Source: Candidatus Saccharimonadales bacterium
GTDB taxonomy: Bacteria > Patescibacteriota > Saccharimonadia > Saccharimonadales > DATKHC01
NCBI GenBank assembly: GCA_038317055.1
Contig: JBBQBA010000002.1
Location: 266,164-330,163 of the forward strand
Direction of reading: 5' to 3'
DNA length: 64,000 nucleotides
The notes beneath the pieces were generated by a model. The model searched no databases, was not told the origin of the DNA, and saw only the letters and a program-made list of their open reading frames with translations. The position numbers and the translations under genes are program-made. Shown in pieces: positions 26,799 to 37,014 of the stretch. Each line of letters starts with the position of its first letter. Position 1 is the first letter of the stretch.

Positions 26799-27995
26799 TT
26801 ACGCTTCAATAAAAGTAATGGCGTATCCGGTTTTACCGGCACGACCAGCTCGACCGATTCGGTGAACATAGTCAGTATAAGTTTGAGGAGTTGAGTAGTT
26901 AATTACATGCGTAATGTCACTAACATCAATTCCACGAGCGGCAACATCAGTTGCAACTAAGATATTAATCTGACTAGACTTAAATCGGTTAAGAGCACGT
27001 TGTCTTTGACCCTGGCTTTTTCCACCATGTATAGCATCAGCTGAAAAGCCGCGGGCTATAAGATCATTACTAAGTCGCTCAACACTTCGTTGAGTTTCAT
27101 CAAAGACTAGAACTTTAGAAACTTTTTCATCAATAAGTAAGTCATGAAGCTTGTCAGCTTTTTGAGACTTAGATGAATAAGTAACGACGTTTTGGTCAAC
27201 AGAATCTGTTGTATCACCACTCTTTACAGATATGGTTACTGGTTCTTTAGAAAAAGCACTGATTAGCGCATTCACTTTGTGATCAAGTGTTGCTGAGAAA
27301 AAGAAAGACTGACGTTCTGGGGCTAGCAATCCTAAGATTGTTCGCATATCGTCAACAAAACCCATGTCTAGCATTCGGTCAACTTCATCTAGCACAACTA
27401 GATTGAAATCATTGACTTTTAAGCTGCCTCGTTCTAAATGATCTTTAATTCGGCCAGGTGTACCAATTACGATACGTGGACGAAAACTTAGATCTCTAAG
27501 TTGAGGACCCATTGGTGTTCCACCAATAAGTACAGCACCAAAAAGTCCACTGTTTTTAGCAAGACTTCTGATTTCATCTTCTATTTGTTGAGCTAACTCA
27601 CGAGTTGGAGCCATGATCAAAACTTTAGAAGTTTTATCAGTTAGAAGTTTTTGAAGAACAGGTATTGCAAGGGCAATTGTTTTACCAGTACCAGTATTAG
27701 CAATACCAATTACATCTTGACCACCAAGTCCTACTGGAATTGACTGATCTTGAATTGGTGAAGGTATAGTATAGCCTTTAGCATCAATGTTAGTCTGCAG
27801 AATTCGCTCTAGTTCAAAGTCATGAAATGTATGCTTTGAAACATATGGCGTTGCTTCTGTTACTTGCTTAGCTGCTTTAATAAAGCGCGAAGGGTTAATA
27901 TTTTCTTTACTTCCACGTCGGTTATTATTCCTTTGTGAATGATAAGATTGGTAGCGACCTCTTTGAGATCGACTATTATAAGAGTTATATGGCAT
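26799..27995 (-). CDS. DEAD-box ATP-dependent RNA helicase
   Basis: Motifs ANTGTGKT, PTRELA, VLDEVD, SAT and HRIGRAGRAG are present. The ORF stays open to 28052, but the ATG at 27993-27995 (MPYNSY) is more plausible. Confidence 0.9.
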   Translation of the reverse strand: MPYNSYNSRSQRGRYQSYHSQRNNNRRGSKENINPSRFIKAAKQVTEATPYVSKHTFHDFELERILQTNIDAKGYTIPSPIQDQSIPVGLGGQDVIGIANTGTGKTIALAIPVLQKLLTDKTSKVLIMAPTRELAQQIEDEIRSLAKNSGLFGAVLIGGTPMGPQLRDLSFRPRIVIGTPGRIKDHLERGSLKVNDFNLVVLDEVDRMLDMGFVDDMRTILGLLAPERQSFFFSATLDHKVNALISAFSKEPVTISVKSGDTTDSVDQNVVTYSSKSQKADKLHDLLIDEKVSKVLVFDETQRSVERLSNDLIARGFSADAIHGGKSQGQRQRALNRFKSSQINILVATDVAARGIDVSDITHVINYSTPQTYTDYVHRIGRAGRAGKTGYAITFIEA

Positions 27996-28171
27996 AAAAA
28001 AAGAATCCTTTATGTGTTTAAAATTATTACATCGACTGTCGGCAATGAACATCGAGTAACATCTCTAAAACACCCGGATTCACTGAAACAATAGCTCTAT
28101 ATTAGCATAAATATTATTAAAATACAAGGGTAATCTTTATAAACGTATCAATAACAACTTCTGTGAAAAAT

Positions 28172-29050
28172 CTATATTGTTTTCAAAAATTCCAAAGCTA
28201 GAGCAGGATTACCGGTTCCACATTTAGGGCAATATGTAGATTGTTTAGGTATATTTAACCAATAGCCGTTAACGTACTTCTGGGTTTGTCTAAAGTCATT
28301 TCTTAATTGGGCTAGAGTTACTGCTCCGGCGCTGGGTTCACTGCTAAGTCCTGCGAATATTGCGCCGTGTTTACCGGCATTAATCTGTGCAGCTGCTTGT
28401 TGAACAAAAGTCTTAAATTGTGGTGTTCCTTCTAAGTCTTGAGATTGAAACTCAATAGCGTCTACATATGGTGCTGTCTGACCTAGAATATTAAGTGCTA
28501 GAAAGGCATCAAATCTATTTTTATTTCCCGGAGATAAAACATTAGCTAAGTTAGCAGCTGGAGTAAACACTATCTTATAACCGTTTGCTCGTGCCAATGT
28601 TGCAGCTTTTTTAGCATATAATACGGGATTTTGCTGTTCGATTACCGGAGTAAATGTCCAGTTCTCGTTATCATACAATATTGCGCCTACACTGGGGTTT
28701 ATCTGCTTGTTAGCAATTGCTGTCTGAAGTGTTGCATAACTAGTAAAGGTTTGAGTATTTACTGCATTAGGAAATCCTGAGTTATCTCCATTTGAAACAT
28801 AGTAAGTTCTACTGTTATTAAATATTGAACCTAGCAACTGAGGTGAAGCATTGACTGACCGTAGCTGATTATAGGCTCCACGACCTATGATCCACTGTGT
28901 AGAATAGCTTTTTATAGGGGCAGCGTGACTTTCAAATATAACTCTTGCGCCGACTAAACTAATCACAGCAATTATTGCCAGAAGTCCGAAAATTTCAATA
29001 TGACCAAAGCCGAAACTGTTTTTGAATATTTTTATTTTATGTATTTTCAT
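28172..29050 (-). CDS. secreted hypothetical protein
   Basis: The N-terminal anchor ends in SHAAP. I recognise no catalytic motif. Confidence 0.55.
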   Translation of the reverse strand: MKIHKIKIFKNSFGFGHIEIFGLLAIIAVISLVGARVIFESHAAPIKSYSTQWIIGRGAYNQLRSVNASPQLLGSIFNNSRTYYVSNGDNSGFPNAVNTQTFTSYATLQTAIANKQINPSVGAILYDNENWTFTPVIEQQNPVLYAKKAATLARANGYKIVFTPAANLANVLSPGNKNRFDAFLALNILGQTAPYVDAIEFQSQDLEGTPQFKTFVQQAAAQINAGKHGAIFAGLSSEPSAGAVTLAQLRNDFRQTQKYVNGYWLNIPKQSTYCPKCGTGNPALALEFLKTI

Positions 29051-29225
29051 ACTGTTCTTCTAGATAAAACTTTATCATAAATTTTGATAATTTAATAATA
29101 GGTATGTAATTTATACAAAGATATCGATTTTTTATATATTATTCTGGATTAAATATAGTTGAAAACGAATAACTTTATTTAATTTTTATTGAACATATGC
29201 CCCATGATTGCAATAATAAGTTCAT

Positions 29226-31292
29226 ATGTTAAGGAATAAATACGCGCGAATAACATTATCATTATTAGTGATTATTATTTGGTTTGTGATTGCTAGTATT
29301 GGTGGGCCGACTTTTGGCAAGTTAGCAGGGGTCTCAGATAATAGTAATGTAGCTTTTCTACCAGCAACCGCAGATTCAACTAAAGTTCAAAATCTTCAAG
29401 AAAAATTTTTAGGATCAAGCAATATACCAGCAATAGTAGTTATAAAATCCTCTTCAGAAATTTCCTTGAGTAGTTTAGCTAATTTCACGAAACTAAATCA
29501 GAAGTTCAGCTCAATCAAAGGAGTATCTACACAACCTAGTGCAGTGATTGGTCCAATACCCTCAAAGGATGGTAAGGCTGTTGAATTTATAGTAGAAGTA
29601 TCAAATACCGGAGATATAAATAACATCGTTAAGGAAATTAGATCTAGCGTAAACAGTAACTTAAATCCAAGTTATAGTGCTTATGTAACAGGTCCGGCAG
29701 GTTTAACGGCCGATCTAGTTAACGCATTTAGTGGCATTGATGGAATACTGTTGTTAGTTGCCGTACTTGCCGTGTTTATCATTTTACTACTTGTCTATCG
29801 GTCTTTAATATTACCGTTCTTGGTTCTACTAACGGCAATGTTTGCACTGTGCGCAGCTATTCTATTTGTATATATTTTAGCTAAACACGGAATAATTAAA
29901 CTAAATGGGCAAAGCCAGGGAATCTTATCTATTCTTGTGATCGGAGCAGCGACAGATTATTCGCTTCTTTTGATTTCTCGATTTAAAGAAGCCCTTCACC
30001 ACGTAGATTCGAAATGGTTAGCTATGAAAAAAGCCTATAAGGCTGTAATTGAACCAATTGCAGCATCAGCAGCCACCGTAATTCTAGCTCTACTTTGTCT
30101 ATTGTTTTCTCAGTTAAACTCAAACAGAAGTCTTGGTCCGATCACAGCTCTTGGTATAGCTTTTTCATTCCTAGCAGCTATAACTTTTCTACCAGCACTT
30201 CTAGTCTTATTTGGTAGGACTGCATTTTGGCCATATAAACCAAAACTAGAAACTAAGGCTACTAAAGCAGGGTTTTGGGTTAAAGTATCTAGATTTGTAT
30301 CTAAGCATCCAAGAAGTATTTGGATTACTTGCACAGCGGTACTTCTACTATTTTCATTAGGATTATTACAAATTAAAGCTAATGGCGTTTCAGTTTCATC
30401 GACAATATTAGGAAAATCTAATGCAGTCGCCGGCCAACAAGTTGTTGTTGATCATTTTACTGCCGGCAGTGGAAGTCCAGTCATAGTAATCGCTCCTCAA
30501 TCTAAAATGGATCTGGTTATATCTAAGATTAATGAAACAACCGGAATAATTAATCCAATTCCTCAGACAATCCCAACTAGCACTAATCCGGTAGTTGTTA
30601 AAGGAAATATATTAATTAACGCTACCCTAAAATACCAGGCTGATTCACAAAAAGCTCAACAAACAGTTGCCAACCTTAGATCGAGTCTAAGTTCAGTCAA
30701 TTCGGGTGCGATTGTGGGTGGTGAAACGGCTATAAATCTTGATACAAATAACACCGCAAAAGCTGATCTGAGAAAGATTATTCCAATAGTATTAGTGGTT
30801 ATTCTTATAGTATTGATGCTCTTATTAAGAGCAATACTTGCACCAGTTCTACTTATACTAAGTGTAATATTAAGTTTTGCAGCATCTTTAGGAATTGCTG
30901 CGTTAATGTTTAATCACGTATTTCACTTCCCGGGTGCTGACCCAACAGTACCGCTTTTTAGTTTCATATTTTTAGTAGCCCTGGGAGTTGATTATAATAT
31001 TTTCCTAATGACAAGAGTAAGAGAAGAGTCAAAAGAAATCGGCACAAAGAAGGGAATATTAGATGGATTAAGCGTAACTGGTAGCGTTATTACTTCTGCC
31101 GGTGTAGTACTTGCTGCAACTTTTTCAGCACTTGCAGTAATACCAATATTATTTTTGGCTCAAATAGCTTTTATAGTAGCTTTTGGTGTTCTACTAGATA
31201 CAATTGTCGTTCGTTCTTTGCTTATACCATCCATTAGTTTCGATATAGGAAAAGCAATATGGTGGCCGTCTAAGTTATGGAAAAATGGATAA
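29226..31292 (+). CDS. MMPL family (RND superfamily) transporter
   Basis: It has two 6-TM bundles, each followed by a large loop, and the GxDYxLFL-like motifs GAATDYSLLL and GVDYNIFLMTR. Confidence 0.85.
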   Translation: MLRNKYARITLSLLVIIIWFVIASIGGPTFGKLAGVSDNSNVAFLPATADSTKVQNLQEKFLGSSNIPAIVVIKSSSEISLSSLANFTKLNQKFSSIKGVSTQPSAVIGPIPSKDGKAVEFIVEVSNTGDINNIVKEIRSSVNSNLNPSYSAYVTGPAGLTADLVNAFSGIDGILLLVAVLAVFIILLLVYRSLILPFLVLLTAMFALCAAILFVYILAKHGIIKLNGQSQGILSILVIGAATDYSLLLISRFKEALHHVDSKWLAMKKAYKAVIEPIAASAATVILALLCLLFSQLNSNRSLGPITALGIAFSFLAAITFLPALLVLFGRTAFWPYKPKLETKATKAGFWVKVSRFVSKHPRSIWITCTAVLLLFSLGLLQIKANGVSVSSTILGKSNAVAGQQVVVDHFTAGSGSPVIVIAPQSKMDLVISKINETTGIINPIPQTIPTSTNPVVVKGNILINATLKYQADSQKAQQTVANLRSSLSSVNSGAIVGGETAINLDTNNTAKADLRKIIPIVLVVILIVLMLLLRAILAPVLLILSVILSFAASLGIAALMFNHVFHFPGADPTVPLFSFIFLVALGVDYNIFLMTRVREESKEIGTKKGILDGLSVTGSVITSAGVVLAATFSALAVIPILFLAQIAFIVAFGVLLDTIVVRSLLIPSISFDIGKAIWWPSKLWKNG

Positions 31293-31387
31293 GATTGAAT
31301 TCAGCTCAAGTGAGAATTAATTAGAATAAGAGCAGTCTATGCATAGATTGTATAATGGTATTAGTACATTATTGAGTAGGGAGAATT

Positions 31388-31807
31388 ATGACAAAGCAAA
31401 TATATATTAATCTACCAGTTAAAGATTTAGCTAAATCGACAGCTTTTTATGAAGCGCTTGGCTTTACTAAGAATCCCATGTTTTCTGATCAAAATGCCTG
31501 CGGACTAGCCTGGTCCGACAATATTATCGTAATGTTATTAACACACGATTTTTATAATAAATTCCTAAAAGGTAAAGCTATTATCGATGCCCAAACTACA
31601 AGCGGTGTCTTGCTTGCACTATCAATGGAAACCAAAGAAGCAGTTCAAAAATTCGCTGAAACTGCCAAAGCAAATGGTGGAGATTACTACAAAGCTGGCC
31701 CTGAAGCTCCTGAAGATGTTATGTTTGGATACGAAGTATTAGATCTGGATGGAAATGTTTGGGAACCAGTATGGATGAAACCAAACTTCAACCCTAAAGA
31801 AAATTGA
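31388..31807 (+). CDS. VOC (glyoxalase/bleomycin-resistance) family protein
   Basis: The N-terminus IYINLPVKDLAKSTAFYEALGF and the ...DLDGNVWE tail fit the family. Confidence 0.7.
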   Translation: MTKQIYINLPVKDLAKSTAFYEALGFTKNPMFSDQNACGLAWSDNIIVMLLTHDFYNKFLKGKAIIDAQTTSGVLLALSMETKEAVQKFAETAKANGGDYYKAGPEAPEDVMFGYEVLDLDGNVWEPVWMKPNFNPKEN

Positions 31808-31854
31808 GTATTATAGTTTCCGGTAATTAGTAACTAGGGTTAGAATAGTCTTCT

Positions 31855-32160
31855 ATGGAAAATTCAGAAGGATTATATGAACATCTACCAGATTCTATTA
31901 AAAATGATCTTTACGAAAATAGATTAAATGTAGTATTAGCTATTGAGCTTGCAGGTCAAGATGGAGCTGAAATAGCTAGTATTGTGGATCAAAATACGGA
32001 TGTGTCCAGGATTACTGGAATTGTTGCCGCAATAGTGTCTTTGGCAAATGATGGGTATATCCGAGGCCGTTGGAATGATCCTAGATATCTAAAGCTGACT
32101 AGGATGGGTGAAAAATTAGCATTGACAGGGGTTATTTCCGAGATTCATAAAATAGATTAA
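31855..32160 (+). CDS. hypothetical protein (possible winged-helix)
   Basis: A 101-aa ORF. The DGYIRGRW...LKLTRMGEKL segment is wHTH-like. This is weak evidence. Confidence 0.4.
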   Translation: MENSEGLYEHLPDSIKNDLYENRLNVVLAIELAGQDGAEIASIVDQNTDVSRITGIVAAIVSLANDGYIRGRWNDPRYLKLTRMGEKLALTGVISEIHKID

Positions 32161-32307
32161 GCCAGAAAAGTATTAGTGTCCTGATTAGTTCAAGGAATCT
32201 CTTTTATTATTAAATTGACAGGAAGACTTTTATTAAGCATAACTATGTACATTTGTTGTAATTTAATTTATTATTATATGTAGGTAACTTAAACAAAGAA
32301 TAAAAGT

Positions 32308-33756
32308 GTGAGATATATAAAATACTTAGTTGCAGCATTTTCCGTTTTTGCAGTAGTTTTCGTGTTTATGTCACTATCACCTGCTCATAGTTCAGCATTT
32401 TCTAGTCAAACTGGTGGTGATGGATATATACCGTTTGTATACCAAGGTAAAATTTATAATGTATCGCACCATCAAACACCTTCAGGTGATCCGGCTAATC
32501 CTAAGTATGATCTACATTGTACTTTGCCTAGTGGTCAAGTTTGCACAGGCTATCCTGTATACTTCAGTTCCGACAACGGTTCAACCGGCAATTTAACTAG
32601 TGGTACAGCTGGTACAGCCGATATTTATACGTCAACTATAGCTAACGCAACTATAATTGGTAGTAAGTTGTATTATGCTGGTCAACGTGTTTCGGATAAT
32701 GGAATAGGTTGTTTTGATTTAAGTACTAATTTAAACTGTGGTTATTTTCAACTTGGATCTTTGGCAGTAAGAACAGGATATATAGGTTCTGTATATCCTT
32801 CAATGGTTGATGGTATAGAAGCAATTGGCAATAGACTTTATTCTTTAGGCGACGATTTAAATATGTATTGTTTAGATATAACTGTACAAAACTCACCAGT
32901 TGCTTGTGCTGGTCAGCCATTTTCTGTGAATAGTGGGATTACAGGGACGATGCCCGCTGCAACTCTCGGCCTAACTTCAAGAATAATCCATAACGGATTA
33001 ATTTACATGGTGGTTAATTATAATTCAAATACCACACCAGCAGATGCTAGAGTTACTTGTTACGATCCGTCAACAGATAGCCGATGTTCAGGATGGTCTA
33101 GTTTAGATGTAACCAGTAGTGCAGGTAGTCAAAATACTTTATCGCTATTTGAATATCCGGATACTTCGGGAGTTGTATCATCATTTTGTGTAGATCAGGT
33201 AGCTTCAATTACTCCACAATGTTGGAATTTTAATACTCAAGCTAGTGTTCCAGCTCCGCCTGGACTATTTGATAATATAACCACTTCCGTACCAGTTAAT
33301 GTTAGAAATGTGTTAAGAATTGGAAACGTGTCCTATATTGCCCTAGAAGGAGCTACTTTCGTGAATCAAGATGCAATGGCAGTTTGTTATAACTTTACAA
33401 CCCAAGCACGTTGTAGTGGTTTTGGATCTGGAGGAGTTAAAAGGTGGGATGGTAGTGATGGTGATCCACAAGTAGCGGCTGGCGGAACTAGAGATTATGG
33501 TTATGCTCAATTTAATAACAACTGTTTAGTAGGACTTGGAGATGGCGGAGTACTTTGGAGTTTCGTTTCACAAACTGGACACACATCTGAAATACTAGAC
33601 TGTAGTGACGTACTAAACCCTAGTGCTAAAATTGCAGCCCCTGATACTGGAAGTCAATATAATCCACCTAAGATATTGTTATATGGAAGCATGGTTGTAA
33701 TTACTGGGGCAGCAATTGGCATAAGACACACTTATTTATCTTATAGGCGAAAATAG
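32308..33756 (+). CDS. secreted surface protein with seven Cys-pair repeats and an APDTG C-terminal sorting signal
   Basis: It has a signal peptide and seven C-x8-12-C units (for example RVTCYDPSTDSRCSGW and MAVCYNFTTQARCSGFG). The C-terminus has APDTGS, then a TM segment, then YRRK. Confidence 0.7.
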   Translation: MRYIKYLVAAFSVFAVVFVFMSLSPAHSSAFSSQTGGDGYIPFVYQGKIYNVSHHQTPSGDPANPKYDLHCTLPSGQVCTGYPVYFSSDNGSTGNLTSGTAGTADIYTSTIANATIIGSKLYYAGQRVSDNGIGCFDLSTNLNCGYFQLGSLAVRTGYIGSVYPSMVDGIEAIGNRLYSLGDDLNMYCLDITVQNSPVACAGQPFSVNSGITGTMPAATLGLTSRIIHNGLIYMVVNYNSNTTPADARVTCYDPSTDSRCSGWSSLDVTSSAGSQNTLSLFEYPDTSGVVSSFCVDQVASITPQCWNFNTQASVPAPPGLFDNITTSVPVNVRNVLRIGNVSYIALEGATFVNQDAMAVCYNFTTQARCSGFGSGGVKRWDGSDGDPQVAAGGTRDYGYAQFNNNCLVGLGDGGVLWSFVSQTGHTSEILDCSDVLNPSAKIAAPDTGSQYNPPKILLYGSMVVITGAAIGIRHTYLSYRRK

Positions 33757-34419
33757 ATGTATGTTTTATCTGGTACTTCTAGGTACAAGGTATTGCGCAG
33801 AAAACAATTTAAAAAGTCTATAATAATTTCTTCAGTACTTTTAATTGTTATGGTCTTTGGTGCACTAATTGCTGTCAATCTTATTCGAGGTCAAGTAATT
33901 CTTGCATCTCCCACCCAAACTATCCATCCTGTTTTAAACGCTCTTCATATATCTTCGTCAGTGACTTCTCCTCCGGTTAGTTCACAATATAAACTTATAG
34001 TTCCGAAAATTAACTTAAACATCCCAGTTATACCTGTTGGTCTCACAAAATCGGGAGCAATGGACGTACCTTATCAAACAAATGCCGCAGGACTTTATAA
34101 ATACGGACCTTTGCCGGGTCAAAAAGGTAGTGCGGTAATAGATGGCCATAATGAAATAAAACAAGTTGGGGAAGGTGTATTTGGGAGTCTAAACAAAATA
34201 AGTGTTGGTGATAAAATAATTTTCCAAAATAAAGGTGTATCCTTACAATTTAGTGTAAAAAGTATGGTGCAATATCCGGTTTCTCAACTCCCGTCGAATA
34301 AAGTATTCAACATCAAAGATGGATATCATTTAAATCTAATTACATGCGCCGGAAAATGGAATAGGTCTACCCAATCTTATCCTGATCGTTTAGTTATATA
34401 CAATGATCTAGATAAATAA
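33757..34419 (+). CDS. sortase family protein
   Basis: It has a TM anchor, the His motif AVIDGHNE, the Cys motif LNLITCAG, and Arg in PDRLVIY. The start codon directly abuts the substrate gene's stop codon. Confidence 0.8.
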   Translation: MYVLSGTSRYKVLRRKQFKKSIIISSVLLIVMVFGALIAVNLIRGQVILASPTQTIHPVLNALHISSSVTSPPVSSQYKLIVPKINLNIPVIPVGLTKSGAMDVPYQTNAAGLYKYGPLPGQKGSAVIDGHNEIKQVGEGVFGSLNKISVGDKIIFQNKGVSLQFSVKSMVQYPVSQLPSNKVFNIKDGYHLNLITCAGKWNRSTQSYPDRLVIYNDLDK

Positions 34420-34451
34420 CTTTTGGTAGTTACTAACAGATTAAAGAAGTA

Positions 34452-35387
34452 TTGATAATTATGAATGAAAAGCAAACAAAAATAATTACTCCCACTGCAG
34501 AGCAAAATTTAGATGGTGAACAGAATAAAATAGCACCTGCACCACATATAAGTAACTCTTCTATTATTGAACAATCAGCTAACAAACCGAAAAAACACCG
34601 TACATTGAAAACGATTTTGTTGATTTTTCTATTAATTGCATCTGCAATCACATTATTTTATACAATTATCAGAAAACCCCTAACATCTCAAAAGGTTTAT
34701 TTGAGTCAATCTAGCCAAAGAGTTGAAGCGACAAACTACTTAAAGAAATTGTCAGCGAACTTGCAACCTTCGAATTTACAAACTACTAATAATTATTTGG
34801 TAGATTTCGGATGTGAGGGACAGGCCGGATATAGTGGTGGTTTAGGTGAGCCAGGAGGTAGTGGTCCAATAATGTCTTGCAATCTTGGACTGTTAAGTTT
34901 TTTTCAAACTAACAATAATGTTAATAAAAATATTAGTGATCTTGCCAATAAACTAAGTAAATCAGATTTGAATATAGGCACAGTTAACATGGCTCCACTA
35001 TTTGGGTCAAATTCTTCTGATGGAATAAATGAAAATGGCTACAATGGTAATTTTGCTAGCGTAAGTCCTTATAACAGACCATCAGTACGTTCTGGTAAGG
35101 TATTTGATAATATTAAAAGAAGTTACAATATGGCTGATTTTACTAATTTCTTTACAGGTAGCTATAGTCTTGAGCAGAAAAATTTTGGTTTCACTTCTAA
35201 TAATCCAGACTCAAATTCAAAACTATATTATTTTATCAATAATGCTATTTCAAAAAATACAAATAATGACTATGGATATTATCTTATTTATCAATATTAC
35301 ATGGCAGATAAAATTTGTAATCAAATTAACGTAGCTTGTAAATCTGATACATTTCCGCTACCTCTACCTTTGCCACAAAAATTCTAG
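34452..35387 (+). CDS. membrane-anchored hypothetical protein
   Basis: A 311-aa ORF with one TM segment (ILLIFLLIASAITLFYTII) and an N-rich ectodomain. Confidence 0.55.
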   Translation: MIIMNEKQTKIITPTAEQNLDGEQNKIAPAPHISNSSIIEQSANKPKKHRTLKTILLIFLLIASAITLFYTIIRKPLTSQKVYLSQSSQRVEATNYLKKLSANLQPSNLQTTNNYLVDFGCEGQAGYSGGLGEPGGSGPIMSCNLGLLSFFQTNNNVNKNISDLANKLSKSDLNIGTVNMAPLFGSNSSDGINENGYNGNFASVSPYNRPSVRSGKVFDNIKRSYNMADFTNFFTGSYSLEQKNFGFTSNNPDSNSKLYYFINNAISKNTNNDYGYYLIYQYYMADKICNQINVACKSDTFPLPLPLPQKF

Positions 35388-35455
35388 TTAAATTAATAGA
35401 GTATAAATTAATACACATCGTAAAGTTATTATAATATGTTATTTTTATTGACTAT

Positions 35456-36250
35456 ATGAGTACTTTATGGTATTATATATGTAATATGTCTTTGTATGAA
35501 CAGATTCATGCGACCGAGACTCAAACTCCTGAGGCAGTATTAATAATTCCTGCTTTGAACGAAGCATCACGTTTAAATGGTGATCCATTTAAACGGGCAC
35601 TATACGCAAATATGACTGAATTTTCTCGATTATTTACGCAAGAGAATCAACTACGAATGGTCGTTGTTGATGATGGCTCAACTGATGAAACCGGCAATTT
35701 AGCAAGCGAATTTGGATATGATGTTGTTTATCATCCAGTTAATCTTGGTAAAGGTGCGGCAATAAGATCGGGTGTCAGAGCGGTTTTAGATTCACTTATT
35801 GAACCTGTTGTATCAAACGTTAGTATGGCATTTACGGATGCTGATGGATCATATTCTGCAGAAACACTTATTAGACTTATTGCAGCTACAAAAGAAAGTG
35901 CAGATATTGGAATAGTAAATAGATTTGAAGGAGATAAGTCCAATAAAAACTGGCGTGATTTAGCTCATCCAGCCGTTCAACAATTTCTACGTTTTGTCAC
36001 TCCTACAGGTGTTTCAGATCCTCAAGCGGGAGCAATGGCATTTAGTGGTGCAGCAATAGATCTTTGGAAAGATTCTAAAATTGATCGTTATGCTACTCCT
36101 ACAGAAGTATTATATAAAGCAAAGAAGCTCGGATTAGCAACAGTTGAAATTAGCGCATTAATGACAAACGTAGGTGAGTCTCACGTTAAACCAATAGATG
36201 GACTAAAAATAATGTCCGATGCATTGCGAATCAGATTAAATCGAGACTAA
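35456..36250 (+). CDS. family 2 glycosyltransferase (polyprenol-phosphate glycosyltransferase-like)
   Basis: Motifs LIIPALNEA, VVVDDGSTDET and FTDADGS are present. The true start may be at MSLYEQ. Confidence 0.8.
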   Translation: MSTLWYYICNMSLYEQIHATETQTPEAVLIIPALNEASRLNGDPFKRALYANMTEFSRLFTQENQLRMVVVDDGSTDETGNLASEFGYDVVYHPVNLGKGAAIRSGVRAVLDSLIEPVVSNVSMAFTDADGSYSAETLIRLIAATKESADIGIVNRFEGDKSNKNWRDLAHPAVQQFLRFVTPTGVSDPQAGAMAFSGAAIDLWKDSKIDRYATPTEVLYKAKKLGLATVEISALMTNVGESHVKPIDGLKIMSDALRIRLNRD

Positions 36251-36256
36251 TTATTT

Positions 36257-36997
36257 TTAATCAATTGTTACTTTGAAATAATCGCATATTAATTTAAAGT
36301 AGTCGTCGTCACTAACTATGTCATTATATTTTAGAATAGCTCCCCTAAATCCTTTAGTTTGCCAATATGAAGGTTTAGGCAGAGTAATCCCAGTAAAATT
36401 GTTGTCCTCAGGATATTTAGTAACATAAAAATAAGGTTCTGCTATATTTTCGTCTCCAATAGAAAATCCATAAGTGTAGGAAATTGCATCATCTTTATTA
36501 ACAGGTCTTGTTATTGATAGATCAAAATGATGTGGATATAACAAAATAGGGCTAAATTTTTCAGACTTGGTTGATTTTTCTAATTCAACTAGACTTTTTT
36601 CAGCTAAATAAAGAAGTTTTTTAATAATTTGTGCTTGTTTTATATCAATAGACTTGCTTTCAGAAGTAAATTCAATTTCAGGAATTTTCTCAGTCTTATC
36701 TGTAGAATTAAGCCAGTCTTGTACATGTTTTAACACTTCCTTTACAGAAAGCCCGTCGAGTTTTTGGCAATGCTTGCCGATTATTAATTGTAGTTCACTC
36801 AGGTCTAATATAATTCTAAGTCCATCATCTAGGTCTTGAGATGATATTCCATTCTCATTTACTTCGAGACCTCTTTGCCAATCATTTGGACTAAAAGGTA
36901 AAAATAGTTGTTGAACTTTACCAATAATTTTTGATATGTCCTGAAGATAATCTCTGGTTGTTTTTAAATCTTCGTAATCAACTTTATCCATATACAT
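36257..36997 (-). CDS. hypothetical protein
   Basis: A 246-aa ORF. I recognise no motif with confidence. Confidence 0.55.
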   Translation of the reverse strand: MYMDKVDYEDLKTTRDYLQDISKIIGKVQQLFLPFSPNDWQRGLEVNENGISSQDLDDGLRIILDLSELQLIIGKHCQKLDGLSVKEVLKHVQDWLNSTDKTEKIPEIEFTSESKSIDIKQAQIIKKLLYLAEKSLVELEKSTKSEKFSPILLYPHHFDLSITRPVNKDDAISYTYGFSIGDENIAEPYFYVTKYPEDNNFTGITLPKPSYWQTKGFRGAILKYNDIVSDDDYFKLICDYFKVTID

Positions 36998-37014
36998 AGA
37001 TTATCAGGTCAATG

